A stretch of 50,859 nt of DNA from Thermoanaerobaculales bacterium. GTDB taxonomy: Bacteria; Acidobacteriota; Thermoanaerobaculia; Thermoanaerobaculales; Sulfomarinibacteraceae. Position 1 is the first letter of the stretch. The number at the start of each line of letters is the position of its first letter. Position numbers and translations under genes: made by a program. Positions 10,406 to 19,090 of this stretch are shown piece after piece. Location: contig JBGMRN010000005.1 in assembly GCA_048061535.1 (NCBI GenBank), positions 1-50,859 of the forward strand. The letters run 5' to 3'. The notes beneath the pieces were generated by a model, which was given only the letters and a program-made list of their open reading frames with translations, was not told the DNA's origin and did no database searches.

Positions 10406-11621
10406 GGCGCGCCACCCTCCGTTTGATATTCGCCTGCACGAAGAAATGGTCGATGAACGGGGCAAACATGTTCATGAATAGAATCGCCAGCATCATTCCC
10501 TCCGGATAGGCGGGGTTGACCACTCGCACCAGCACGACCATGATTCCGATGCCGAGGCCGTAGACCAGCTTGCCCCCTTCGGTAAAGGCTGACGACACGG
10601 GGTCGGTGGCCATGAAGACCGCGCCCAGCGCCCAGCCTCCGAGCACCACGTGCCATCCGAAAGAAATCCCGAAGGCAGGGTTGGTTACCGAGCCGATGGA
10701 ATTGAGAATGGTCGCCATCCCGGCGGTACCGAGAGTCACCCCCAGCATGGTCCGCCACGATCCGATCTGACAAATAATCAACACCGCCGCACCGAGGAAA
10801 CAGAGGACCGCCGAGGTCTCGCCCATCGATCCCGGAACCAAGCCGAGAAACGCATCCATCCACTGGTGCGATCCAATCGCCCCCAGCGCCTCTTTCCCTT
10901 CAACTACAGCCCTGGCCAGAGGGGTCGCTCCGCTGAATCCGTCCACTCCAATGAAGTCGGAGGCAATCCACGGCCGGTCGCCCGAAATCTGGGCTGGGTA
11001 GGCAAAGAACAGGAAGGCGCGGGCGATGAGGGCCGGGTTGAAGATGTTCATGCCTGTGCCGCCGAAGATTTCCTTGCCGATCAACACGCCAAAGACGACG
11101 CCGGTCGCCACTTGCCACAGCGGAATCGTCGGCGGCAGGATCAGCGGCAGCAAGAACCCGGTAACGAAGAACCCCTCGTTGATCTCATGTCTGCGGACGC
11201 TGGCGAAGAGCACCTCGACGGCGCCGCCGGCCGCAAACACGACGACGAATATCGGCACGAAGTAGAGGGCGCCGTGGACAAAGCAAGCCAGCACATCGGT
11301 CGTGAATCCGAGGCCGAGAGCCTCGAAGGCGCGCGTCTGCCAGGTCTGCAGCGGCTGGGCCCCAGCCTCTATTGCGCGGTTGGCCTGCAAGCCGGTGTTG
11401 TAAATTGACATGAAGACGATCGGCATCAGCGCCGCGACCACCACCCCCATCATCCGCTTGAGGTCGAGGGCATCGCGGACGTGAGTGGTTCCGGTGGTGA
11501 CGTGGCCAGGGCTATAGAAAAGCGTGTCAACCGCTTCGTAGAGAGGGTGGAGGCGCTCGAACCTTCCTCCCGGCTCGAAGGCCGGCGCCTGCTTGTCGAG
11601 GAGCGTGCGCAGGATTCGCAT
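10389..11621 (-). CDS. nqrB: Na+-NQR subunit B
   Basis: Polytopic membrane protein with the flavinylation motif VDGFSGATPLA. Start ATG 11621 (MRILRTLLDK) overlaps the nqrA stop as TGATG. The track ORF extends into nqrA. Confidence 0.9.
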   Translation of the reverse strand: MRILRTLLDKQAPAFEPGGRFERLHPLYEAVDTLFYSPGHVTTGTTHVRDALDLKRMMGVVVAALMPIVFMSIYNTGLQANRAIEAGAQPLQTWQTRAFEALGLGFTTDVLACFVHGALYFVPIFVVVFAAGGAVEVLFASVRRHEINEGFFVTGFLLPLILPPTIPLWQVATGVVFGVLIGKEIFGGTGMNIFNPALIARAFLFFAYPAQISGDRPWIASDFIGVDGFSGATPLARAVVEGKEALGAIGSHQWMDAFLGLVPGSMGETSAVLCFLGAAVLIICQIGSWRTMLGVTLGTAGMATILNSIGSVTNPAFGISFGWHVVLGGWALGAVFMATDPVSSAFTEGGKLVYGLGIGIMVVLVRVVNPAYPEGMMLAILFMNMFAPFIDHFFVQANIKRRVARHAAVQ

Positions 11622-13003
11622 CAGCCCTCCTTCCAGATTTCGAGCAGGTTGCGGCGCAAAGCCGGGGCGTAGTCCTCTTTGCCCGGGCTGACGAAGGAGC
11701 ACAGAGCCAGATCCTCCTCGTCCAATTCGAGGCAACCAAGGGCTTCCGCGCGTTCGAGATCTCCGGAAAGCAAAGCGCGGAGGAGGAAAGTCGGCATGAT
11801 GTCCAGCGGCATCACCCTCTCGAACATGCCGATCGGCACCATCGCCCTATGGCCGCCGTGGGCTGAGGTTGTGAGGTCGAAGCGCCTGGAGAAACCGAAG
11901 CTCGACGCGAAGGCGCGCACAGTTGAGTAACTACCGAATCCCAACCGCATCCACCCGAGAAACTCGCGCCGGCTGTCCTCGGCAAGGCACGAGATCTGGG
12001 TCGCATATCGACCCAGATAGCCCTCGACCTCACCCATTGCGCGGTGCCCGTAGAGAACCGAACCCGAAATCACTCGGACCTCTCCCTCCGTGAGCTCGCG
12101 ATCGACCAGAGCATCGATCGAGGCCCCGAGGCGAGTTGCCAGCAGCCGAGGATTCTTGACCACGGGTCCCCCGAGGGCAACCACCCTCTCGACGTCAAGC
12201 TTCCCTGTGGTGACAAGACGTCCGATAGCCACCACGTCCTGACAACCCACATACCAGACGCTTTTCTCGCGGTCGACCGGATCGAGCAAATGGATATGAG
12301 TTCCCGCCAGGCCCGCTGGATGTGGGCCCCGAAACTCCTCCACTTGAAGCCTCGGGGCGTCGCCGAGATCGGAAATCGGAGCATTCTCGGTTCGGCACAC
12401 GAAGACCGGTCCCTCGGTTAGCATCGACAGCGCCCACAGGCCGCGCTGAAGGTCCTCCTGCTTTCCCTCGAGGACGACCGATGGGTCGGCGCCGTTAGGG
12501 TTGGTGTCGATGGCGGTGACGAAGATCGAGTGACAGGCTTCGGTCGGTGCGGGAACAATCGAGAATGGCCGCCGCCTGATCGCCGTCCACAGTCCCGACT
12601 CAACGAGCAGATCCCGAACGGCGGGTCCATCCAAATCACGGACATCACGGCCGGAAAAACTGGAGAACTCCTGATGATCGGCGTCGGCCGGCTGGCCCTT
12701 TGCCTCGGGCGGCGTCAATTCCACCACAACCGATCGCAGCGCCCGCCGCTCGCCCCGATGGATGGCGACCACCGTTCCGGCCCCCGGAGAGGTATAGCGG
12801 ACCCCTTCTGTCTTCCGATCTTCGAACAGAACCTGGCCGCGTTTCACCGCCTCACCGGCCTGGACGTGCATCCTTGGTTTCATGAAAGGGTAGTCACGGG
12901 CGAGGATAGCGATCCTGGAAACGGTCGCGCCCGGCTCGATGCGTTGAACCGGCCCGCCGCTGATCGGCAGATCGAGCCCCTTCTTGATGACGTTTGTTGC
13001 CAT
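11621..13003 (-). CDS. nqrA: Na+-NQR subunit A
   Basis: The start MATNVIKKGLDLPISGGP is a typical NqrA N-terminus. Soluble protein of about 460 aa, first gene of the operon. Confidence 0.9.
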   Translation of the reverse strand: MATNVIKKGLDLPISGGPVQRIEPGATVSRIAILARDYPFMKPRMHVQAGEAVKRGQVLFEDRKTEGVRYTSPGAGTVVAIHRGERRALRSVVVELTPPEAKGQPADADHQEFSSFSGRDVRDLDGPAVRDLLVESGLWTAIRRRPFSIVPAPTEACHSIFVTAIDTNPNGADPSVVLEGKQEDLQRGLWALSMLTEGPVFVCRTENAPISDLGDAPRLQVEEFRGPHPAGLAGTHIHLLDPVDREKSVWYVGCQDVVAIGRLVTTGKLDVERVVALGGPVVKNPRLLATRLGASIDALVDRELTEGEVRVISGSVLYGHRAMGEVEGYLGRYATQISCLAEDSRREFLGWMRLGFGSYSTVRAFASSFGFSRRFDLTTSAHGGHRAMVPIGMFERVMPLDIMPTFLLRALLSGDLERAEALGCLELDEEDLALCSFVSPGKEDYAPALRRNLLEIWKEG

Positions 13004-13223
13004 GCCGAGCCCTTTTCTGCCTGCTGCGTGACGATCCGTTTCAGCAGGCTCGCGAATCATAGCAGGACCGAATCGACCGGTTCACCACCCCCCATTCGAC
13101 GCGGGGAACCCGCAACCTCCGCGGCGGCCGAGACGACGATTCGACGCTGGCCGAAAACGTGACGCCATGGCGTATTCGGGTTAAGCTCCATTCAAGACTC
13201 TGGTTCGGGGGGAGGCGTTACTC

Positions 13224-13754
13224 ATGGTCGATGTACCGACTGTCCGACAACTGATGACCAAAGCCGCCCGCACGTTTCGCGTGGACGAACCCATGGGCGA
13301 AGCGATGCGAACCCTCGCGCGATCGTCATTTGCTGCGATCCCGGTGATCGACAACGAGGATCGTCTGGTCGGCCTGCTGAGCGAAAAGGACTGCCTGCGC
13401 ACCATCACTCAGTGGGCGTACGAACGGGTCGCGGGAGGGACGGTCGGCGACTACATGTCTCCGCTCGAGGTTGCGGTCACTCCGGAGATGGATGTGCTGA
13501 CGGCCGCGCGTGCCTTTCTCGAATGTAACTTCGCGTGTCTGCCGGTGACCGAAGACGACAAGCTGGTTGGTCGTCTGGTTCGCCATGAGGTGCTCAATGG
13601 CATCGACCGCTGGGCGTCGACGATCGACAAGGACCGGGGCAATCGTCTCACCAAAACATCCGAGCACGAACGCCCGTCAACCATCGAGGAGATCCAGAAA
13701 GTGGCGTCCTCCCACAGTCGGGACCAGCTCTCGCAGATCTTCCGCAAACACTGA
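13224..13754 (+). CDS. CBS-pair domain protein
   Basis: 176 aa with two CBS-like repeats (VRQLMT...IPVIDNEDRLVGLLSEKD and VGDYMS...LPVTEDDKLVGRLVRHE). GGGGAGG lies upstream of the ATG. Confidence 0.75.
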   Translation: MVDVPTVRQLMTKAARTFRVDEPMGEAMRTLARSSFAAIPVIDNEDRLVGLLSEKDCLRTITQWAYERVAGGTVGDYMSPLEVAVTPEMDVLTAARAFLECNFACLPVTEDDKLVGRLVRHEVLNGIDRWASTIDKDRGNRLTKTSEHERPSTIEEIQKVASSHSRDQLSQIFRKH

Positions 13755-13840
13755 AGAGCGATTCCTCGCCTTGCGGAAAACGGCGAGCGTGTTCTCGAAT
13801 GGACCGGGGAATAGTCAGACTGAGTTAAGCTCTCATTCAG

Positions 13841-14593
13841 ATGAAATGGGGAAAGTTCCGCTTCTTCGGTAAGCACATGTACCGGGATCTCTTGATCACG
13901 ATGGCGGTGATCATCACCGGACGCGCCATCGTTCCCAACCGACTCGTGGGCGCGAAGCTCGACGACCTCGTCCTCACTGCGATTCTCGTCGTCGCTCTCT
14001 TAGAGATCACGCGCTCCCGCCGTCATGTGTGGATTGGGGTCATCCTCGGGCTGCCCGCCATCGCGTCGCGGCTGGTGAACGCGTTTACTCCCGATTCGGT
14101 GGCCGTGGGCAACGTGGTCCTCGGGATCACCAGCCTGTTTTTCGGCTTTCTCATCTGGCAGATCCTGCATGACCTGCTGAAGGGCAACCGATCCACCGGC
14201 GAACAGATCTTCGGCGCGATCTGCGCCTACCTCTTCATCGGCGCGCTCTTCGCCCTCGTTTTCGCCCACGCCGAGTTCGTCGATCCCGGGGCCTTCTCCG
14301 TCTCGGAGAACCTGATCGCTGTCCATGGTGATCGTCCACTCTCTCTCTTCACTTATTTCAGCTTTGTCACCCTCACCACCTTAGGCTACGGTGACATCAC
14401 CCCGATCAGCGAAGCAGCGAGGACCTTGGCCTGGTTCGAGGCTCTGGTAGGGCAACTCTACCTGGCGGTGATGATCGCCGGTCTGGTGGCAGTCCACATC
14501 TCCGGCGGCAGGCAGGGGCGCCAAGGTTCGACGCCGCCGGCCCCGGACCCCGAGGATCCTGGAGATCAGGAACCACCGGCCGACGGAGAGTGA
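13841..14593 (+). CDS. Potassium channel family protein (pore-loop, no obvious RCK domain)
   Basis: Several TM helices and the K+ selectivity filter TLTTLGYGDITP. The start could instead be the internal Met of MYRDLL. Confidence 0.75.
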   Translation: MKWGKFRFFGKHMYRDLLITMAVIITGRAIVPNRLVGAKLDDLVLTAILVVALLEITRSRRHVWIGVILGLPAIASRLVNAFTPDSVAVGNVVLGITSLFFGFLIWQILHDLLKGNRSTGEQIFGAICAYLFIGALFALVFAHAEFVDPGAFSVSENLIAVHGDRPLSLFTYFSFVTLTTLGYGDITPISEAARTLAWFEALVGQLYLAVMIAGLVAVHISGGRQGRQGSTPPAPDPEDPGDQEPPADGE

Positions 14594-14627
14594 GAGGAGC
14601 CAGGTTCTTCTTTGCTACAGTCCGTCG

Positions 14628-15374
14628 GTGATGGAGCTATGGTTTCTTCCCCTGCTCACGCTGGTCGGCGTCGCTGTCGGTTTCATCAATGTCATGGCCG
14701 CCGGCGGGTCCTTGATATCGATGCCGGTACTAATTCTCCTCGGACTCGATCCCGCGACGGCCAACGGAACCAACCGCATCGCCATCCTCGTCCAGAACAT
14801 CACGGCGGTGAACCGCTTCCGCAGCAAGGGTTTTTCCGAGCCCCGTCTCAGCCTCAGCCTCTCGCTAAGCACAATTCCCGGGGCCATTGCCGGAGCGGTC
14901 GCTGCGATCGCCATCGACCCCGTGGTTTTCAACCGCATCCTCGGGCTGGTGCTCGTTCTTGCGGTGTTCCTCATCCTGGGCAACGAGCGACCGCCGAAGC
15001 AGGACCGCGAGGGGAAGGAAAGAGCAATCCAGGCCCATCTCGCAATGGTCGGCGTCGGTTTCTACGGTGGATTCCTTCAAGGCGGGGTGGGTTTTCTCAT
15101 CATGCCGATCCTCTACCGCCTGTTGCGGCTGGATCTCGTGCGGGTCAACATGCACAAGGCCTTCATCATCGGCGCCTACACCATTCCGGCGTTGTTGGTC
15201 TTCGCCGCCCAGGGCAAGGTGTGGTGGCTGGGCGGATTCGCCCTGGCGGCCGGCAACGCGGCCGGTGCGTGGGTCGGGACCCACGTCACGATCACCGGAG
15301 GCGAACGAGCGGTACGGATCGTCTTTGTCATCGCCGTCATCGTCATGGGCGGCCGGTTGATATTCGCGGGCTAG
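14628..15374 (+). CDS. TauE/SafE (DUF81) family anion exporter
   Basis: 248-aa polytopic protein. N-terminus GFINVMAAGGSLISMPVLILLGL...ANGTNRI is typical of the family. Its TAG stop lies inside a repeat terminus. Confidence 0.75.
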   Translation: MMELWFLPLLTLVGVAVGFINVMAAGGSLISMPVLILLGLDPATANGTNRIAILVQNITAVNRFRSKGFSEPRLSLSLSLSTIPGAIAGAVAAIAIDPVVFNRILGLVLVLAVFLILGNERPPKQDREGKERAIQAHLAMVGVGFYGGFLQGGVGFLIMPILYRLLRLDLVRVNMHKAFIIGAYTIPALLVFAAQGKVWWLGGFALAAGNAAGAWVGTHVTITGGERAVRIVFVIAVIVMGGRLIFAG

Positions 15375-15495
15375 CCCGCATTCCTCACCATTTTTCTGCC
15401 TGCGATCCGAGCTCATGTGACGTGCAACCTGAGCCAAACCGGGGGGGCGCCACATTCTTGGCTCCGAACCCGCTGGGTTGGCGACAGGAGGTACA
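15373..15495 (+). repeat. Palindromic repeat, diverged copy G
   Basis: Starts AGCCCGCATTCCTCACCATTTTTCTGCCTGCGA (compare AGCCCGCATATCTCACCGGGTTCTGTCGCGA in copy B), overlapping the TAG stop of the TauE-like gene. The right end CGCTGGGTTGGCGACAGGAGG is only weakly similar. Confidence 0.4.
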
Positions 15496-15565
15496 ACCCA
15501 ACCAGTCGATTCTCTTTTAGGTGTATGATGTCCCCGGAACACGGATCGTGAGCGGGAGGTCTGCC

Positions 15566-16732
15566 GTGAAATTTTTGAAAAATCTGGCCAGGACGCTGCC
15601 GATCGTGGCTGCGGTCGCGGCACTCTCCGCTTGCAATAACAAACCGGTGGTCGGCGTTCTACTGCCGATGACCGGTTCGGCCAGCAACTACGGCGAGTCC
15701 ATGAAAAAGGGCTTCGACATGGCCCTCGACGAGGCTCAGGGCAGCCTGCCCGATGGCTTTCAGGTTCTATGGGGCGACACCGCCAGCGATCCCGCTACGG
15801 GTGCAGCCGAGCTCCGCCGCCTCGCCGGAAAAGGCGCCAAGCTCATCCTCGCAGGCACGACCAGTGACACAGCCCGCGCCCTCCTGCCGGTGCTCGAGGA
15901 GACTCGGACGGTGTGCATCAGTCCGTCGGCGTCGGCGCCGAGCCTGACCAAGGACTCGAGGCTGTTCTTCAGGGTCTTTGCGTCGGACGAGCTCGAGGGA
16001 CGCAGGGCAGGACGATTCCTCCATGAGGACCAGGACAAAAGCTCGGTCCTCATTTACGCCGAAGACTCGGCCCAGGCGCGGGGCATCGAGCCTCCTTTCC
16101 GTCAGGTCTTCGAGCAGGCGATGGGAGGCGAGGTCGTGGGGCGGGTCCTGCTCAGCGATCCTGACTGGGAGGAGGAGTCCGCCGACCTTCTCGCAGCCCA
16201 CAATCCGGCCTCCGTTTACATCGTCGCCTATGGAGAAAAAACGATCGAGGTGTTGCGCCACTTGAAGGCCAAACGCTACCAGGGCACGATCTGCGTCAGC
16301 TCGGCCTTCTACACCGGGGAGGTTGTCGACCGGTACCCGGAACTGGTCGAGGGGGTTTTCTTCCCCCAGCCCGCCTTCGATATCAAGGACGAGCGAAAGC
16401 TCGTCCAGAACTTCGTTACCAGCTTCAGGGAACGTTTCAAGCGGGACCCCGACATTTACGCCGCTCACGCCTACGACGCGATGCGGATCGCGATCTTTGT
16501 CTCGGAGGAGGCCCAGGTCTTCAACGCCTCCGGCATCAAGAAGACCCTGAACTTTGGGATCAAGGAGTTCCCCGGAGTCACCGGCATTATTCAGTTCAAC
16601 GACTATGGCGACGTGCACCGCAACCCCATCATGTTCATCATCAAGAACGGCGAGGTCCTGAGCTACGAACGCTATGTCAAAGAAGAGAAAGAAAAGATCC
16701 GAAAACGGATCGAGAAATTGCTCGGGGGTTGA
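15566..16732 (+). CDS. Periplasmic binding lipoprotein, LivK/amino-acid-binding type (orphan, no permease genes nearby)
   Basis: Signal peptide with lipobox AALSAC and a type-I PBP-like body. GTG 15566 is preceded by GGGAGG at 15553-15558. The track start is 15521. Confidence 0.7.
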   Translation: MKFLKNLARTLPIVAAVAALSACNNKPVVGVLLPMTGSASNYGESMKKGFDMALDEAQGSLPDGFQVLWGDTASDPATGAAELRRLAGKGAKLILAGTTSDTARALLPVLEETRTVCISPSASAPSLTKDSRLFFRVFASDELEGRRAGRFLHEDQDKSSVLIYAEDSAQARGIEPPFRQVFEQAMGGEVVGRVLLSDPDWEEESADLLAAHNPASVYIVAYGEKTIEVLRHLKAKRYQGTICVSSAFYTGEVVDRYPELVEGVFFPQPAFDIKDERKLVQNFVTSFRERFKRDPDIYAAHAYDAMRIAIFVSEEAQVFNASGIKKTLNFGIKEFPGVTGIIQFNDYGDVHRNPIMFIIKNGEVLSYERYVKEEKEKIRKRIEKLLGG

Positions 16733-16766
16733 CCGTCTCGCCGGAGGGATCGAGACCCTTTTTTCA

Positions 16767-16858
16767 AACCGCATATTTCACCGGGTTTCGTTGCGAGTTG
16801 CACGTCAGCCCATCCTTTTTACCCCGTCGCGAAGTGAGGTTGTGAGATATGCGGGTTC
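16767..16858 (+). repeat. Palindromic repeat, copy C (internally deleted, ~90 nt)
   Basis: AACCGCATATTTCACCGGGTTTCGTTGCGAG ... GTGAGGTTGTGAGATATGCGGGTT. Both termini are retained. The right terminus contains the mtaB ATG (16849). Confidence 0.7.
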
Positions 16859-18231
16859 GGCTCGAATCTATCGGGTGCCGCCTCAACATCGGTGAGATCG
16901 AAGCGATGGCGCGCGACCTGGCCGCGGCCGGGCACCGCGTCGTCGGTCCCGGCGAGGATGCCGATCTGTGCATCCTCAACACCTGCACCGTCACCGCGAT
17001 CGCCTCCCGAAAATCGCGCCAGCTCATCCGCCAGCTACGGTGCGCACACCCCGAAGCTTCGGTAGTGGTCACAGGTTGCGACGCCGAGCTCGCCCCGCGA
17101 GAAATTCTTGCCGCGGGCGTGGACCTGGTTGTGGGCAATACAGACAAGGAACGCCTGCTCCAGCTCACTGCAGAGGCCGGCCTGCTACCCGAGTCCACGA
17201 CGGCGCCCGAAGACTCGGCGCCCTTCGCGCCCGGTGGTTCCTCGAGAACCCGCGCCTTCCTCAAGGTCCAGGACGGTTGCGACAACCGATGCGCCTTCTG
17301 TGTAGTCACCATCGCTCGCGGGCCCGGCCGCAGCCTCGGCGCGGATAGCATCGTCAACGAAGTCCACGCTCTCTGCCGGCTGGGCTATCAGGAGATCGTG
17401 CTCAGCGGGGTGCATCTCGGATCCTATGGCCGAGATCTCGGCGACAGCAGGGGACTCGAACGTCTCGTACAGCGCATTCTGGCCGAAACCGATGTGCCGC
17501 GACTTCGTCTGTCGTCGGTCGAGCCGTGGGACCTCGACGCAGCCTTCTTCGAGATCTTCAGCAATTCCCGACTGCTCCCCCACCTGCACCTCCCCCTGCA
17601 GAGCGGCTGCGATAAGACCCTTCGCCGAATGGTCCGGCGCACAACCCGTGAGACGTTCTCGAAACTGGTTGCAAGCGCCCGAGCGGCTGTTCCCGACCTC
17701 TCTGTGTCCACCGACATCATCGTCGGCTTCCCGGGGGAGAGTGATTCCGAGTTCGATGAATCTCTCGCTTTTGTCGAAGGCACAGCCTTCTCCCGCCTCC
17801 ACGTCTTCCGATACTCCCGTCGCGACGGCACCCCGGCGGCCGTGATGCCCAACCAGGTTCCCGGACCGGTGGTTCAGGACCGAAGCCGCCGCATGCGTCT
17901 CCTCGGGACCGAGCTCGAGCGCCGTTTCAACTCGGCGTTCATCGGGCGCGAGGCCGAGGTTCTGTGGGAGGCCGGCGAGGAGTTCGGTCCGGACGTTCTG
18001 TGGAGCGGACACACACCGAACTACATTCGGGTCACCGCAACCACCTCGCCCAAAGAGGATCTGCTCAACCACATCACTCCAACTACGATTCTCGAAACCA
18101 CGCCGGGGGGAGTGGTTGGGAGAATCAGGAATGAGATTTCGGAATTCGGAATTCGGATTTGCCGGCGCGCCGGGGCGGCCGAGAAATCTGAAGCGAGCTT
18201 CCCGCGTTCGCGCGCGATGGGTGGAAAGTGA
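16849..18231 (+). CDS. mtaB: Radical-SAM methylthiotransferase, MtaB-like
   Basis: N-terminal UPF0004 domain (MRVRLESIGCRLN...LNTCTVT), radical SAM motif CDNRCAFCVV and a C-terminal TRAM-like region. The last ~37 codons run into a heptad repeat array, so the native C-terminus is uncertain. Confidence 0.8.
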   Translation: MRVRLESIGCRLNIGEIEAMARDLAAAGHRVVGPGEDADLCILNTCTVTAIASRKSRQLIRQLRCAHPEASVVVTGCDAELAPREILAAGVDLVVGNTDKERLLQLTAEAGLLPESTTAPEDSAPFAPGGSSRTRAFLKVQDGCDNRCAFCVVTIARGPGRSLGADSIVNEVHALCRLGYQEIVLSGVHLGSYGRDLGDSRGLERLVQRILAETDVPRLRLSSVEPWDLDAAFFEIFSNSRLLPHLHLPLQSGCDKTLRRMVRRTTRETFSKLVASARAAVPDLSVSTDIIVGFPGESDSEFDESLAFVEGTAFSRLHVFRYSRRDGTPAAVMPNQVPGPVVQDRSRRMRLLGTELERRFNSAFIGREAEVLWEAGEEFGPDVLWSGHTPNYIRVTATTSPKEDLLNHITPTTILETTPGGVVGRIRNEISEFGIRICRRAGAAEKSEASFPRSRAMGGK

Positions 18232-18267
18232 AGCAATTTTCGGAATTCGGATTTGCCGGCGCGGGGA
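18121..18267 (+). repeat. Two direct units of heptad array + GCCGGCGCG (GGAATTC subfamily)
   Basis: Unit 1: AGAATCA GGAATGA GATTTCG GAATTCG GAATTCG GATTTG CCGGCGCGCCGGGG (18121-18176). Unit 2: TTTTCGGAATTCGGATTTGCCGGCGCGGGG (18237-18266). Confidence 0.85.
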
Positions 18268-18444
18268 AGCGATCGGATAGCTTGACGCCTGCTGCCCGCG
18301 AATCGGCGCGCTCCTGGCGCCCCGCTGGCGCCGTGACCCACACCACCGTGAGCGGGTGGCCGCTCGCCGGCGATACCCGGCTGCGGCCCGCGGACGGCGG
18401 GCACTATCGCAGAAAAACGATACACTGGCGTTCAAGGAGGAACC

Positions 18445-19020
18445 GTGGATCGAATCGTTGGTTTTCTATTTGAGGCGGGTATGCTCAAACGTACGCCGCG
18501 CAGCGGTTGGCAGTTCCTCGGCGCTGGTTCAGAGAGCGTCGCAGAGCACGTGTTCCGTACCACTCTCGTTGCCTTCGTGCTCGCCCAAATGGACGACTCG
18601 GTCGATGCCGACAGAGTACTCCGCCTGGCCCTGTTCCACGATCTACCTGAGACCCGCACGGGCGACCTCAACTACGTGAATCAGAGGTACGTCGAGGCGG
18701 ACGAGAAACGGGTGGCGCACGATATGACGGAGGGCCTGCCATTTGCCGACGAGCTCCGAAATCTGTTGTCAGAGTACCGCGAGGAATGCTCGCGCGAGGC
18801 CATCCTGGCCCACGACGCCGACCAGATCGAGATGCTCCTCGAACTCAAGGAACGCCTCGACTCCGGCTGCCCGGCCGCGGCCGGCTGGGTACCTTTCGTG
18901 GAGCGCCGGCTCCGCACCGACACCGCCCGCAACCTTGCGCGACACATCCTCGAGCAGGACTCGGCGTCGTGGTGGTTCGATCGTGATTCCGACTGGTGGG
19001 TTCGCGGCAGCAAGCGATGA
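18445..19020 (+). CDS. HD-domain hydrolase (YfbR-like 5'-deoxynucleotidase family)
   Basis: 191 aa: LKRTPRSGWQ...AEHVFRT...LFHDLPETRTGD. GTG start is preceded by AAGGAGG at 18434-18440. Confidence 0.8.
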   Translation: MDRIVGFLFEAGMLKRTPRSGWQFLGAGSESVAEHVFRTTLVAFVLAQMDDSVDADRVLRLALFHDLPETRTGDLNYVNQRYVEADEKRVAHDMTEGLPFADELRNLLSEYREECSREAILAHDADQIEMLLELKERLDSGCPAAAGWVPFVERRLRTDTARNLARHILEQDSASWWFDRDSDWWVRGSKR

Positions 19021-19090
19021 GCACCCTTGACTCACCAGCCGGGATCGTCAATCCTCGACTTCTCGGTTCGAACCGCAGGCGACGGCCATC

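Noticed and set aside
18121-18267. The heptad arrays might be a CRISPR array or mini-CRISPR.
   Set aside because: The repeat unit is only 7 nt and is tandem without spacers. There are no 25-40-nt direct repeats with unique spacers and no cas genes.
19060-19085. tRNA-like T-loop string GGTTCGAACC. GAGTTCGAACCCC at about 22845 is similar.
   Set aside because: The flanking bases do not form a T-stem, and no acceptor or anticodon arms can be drawn. The second site is inside the nagZ CDS. I found no tRNA gene in the window.
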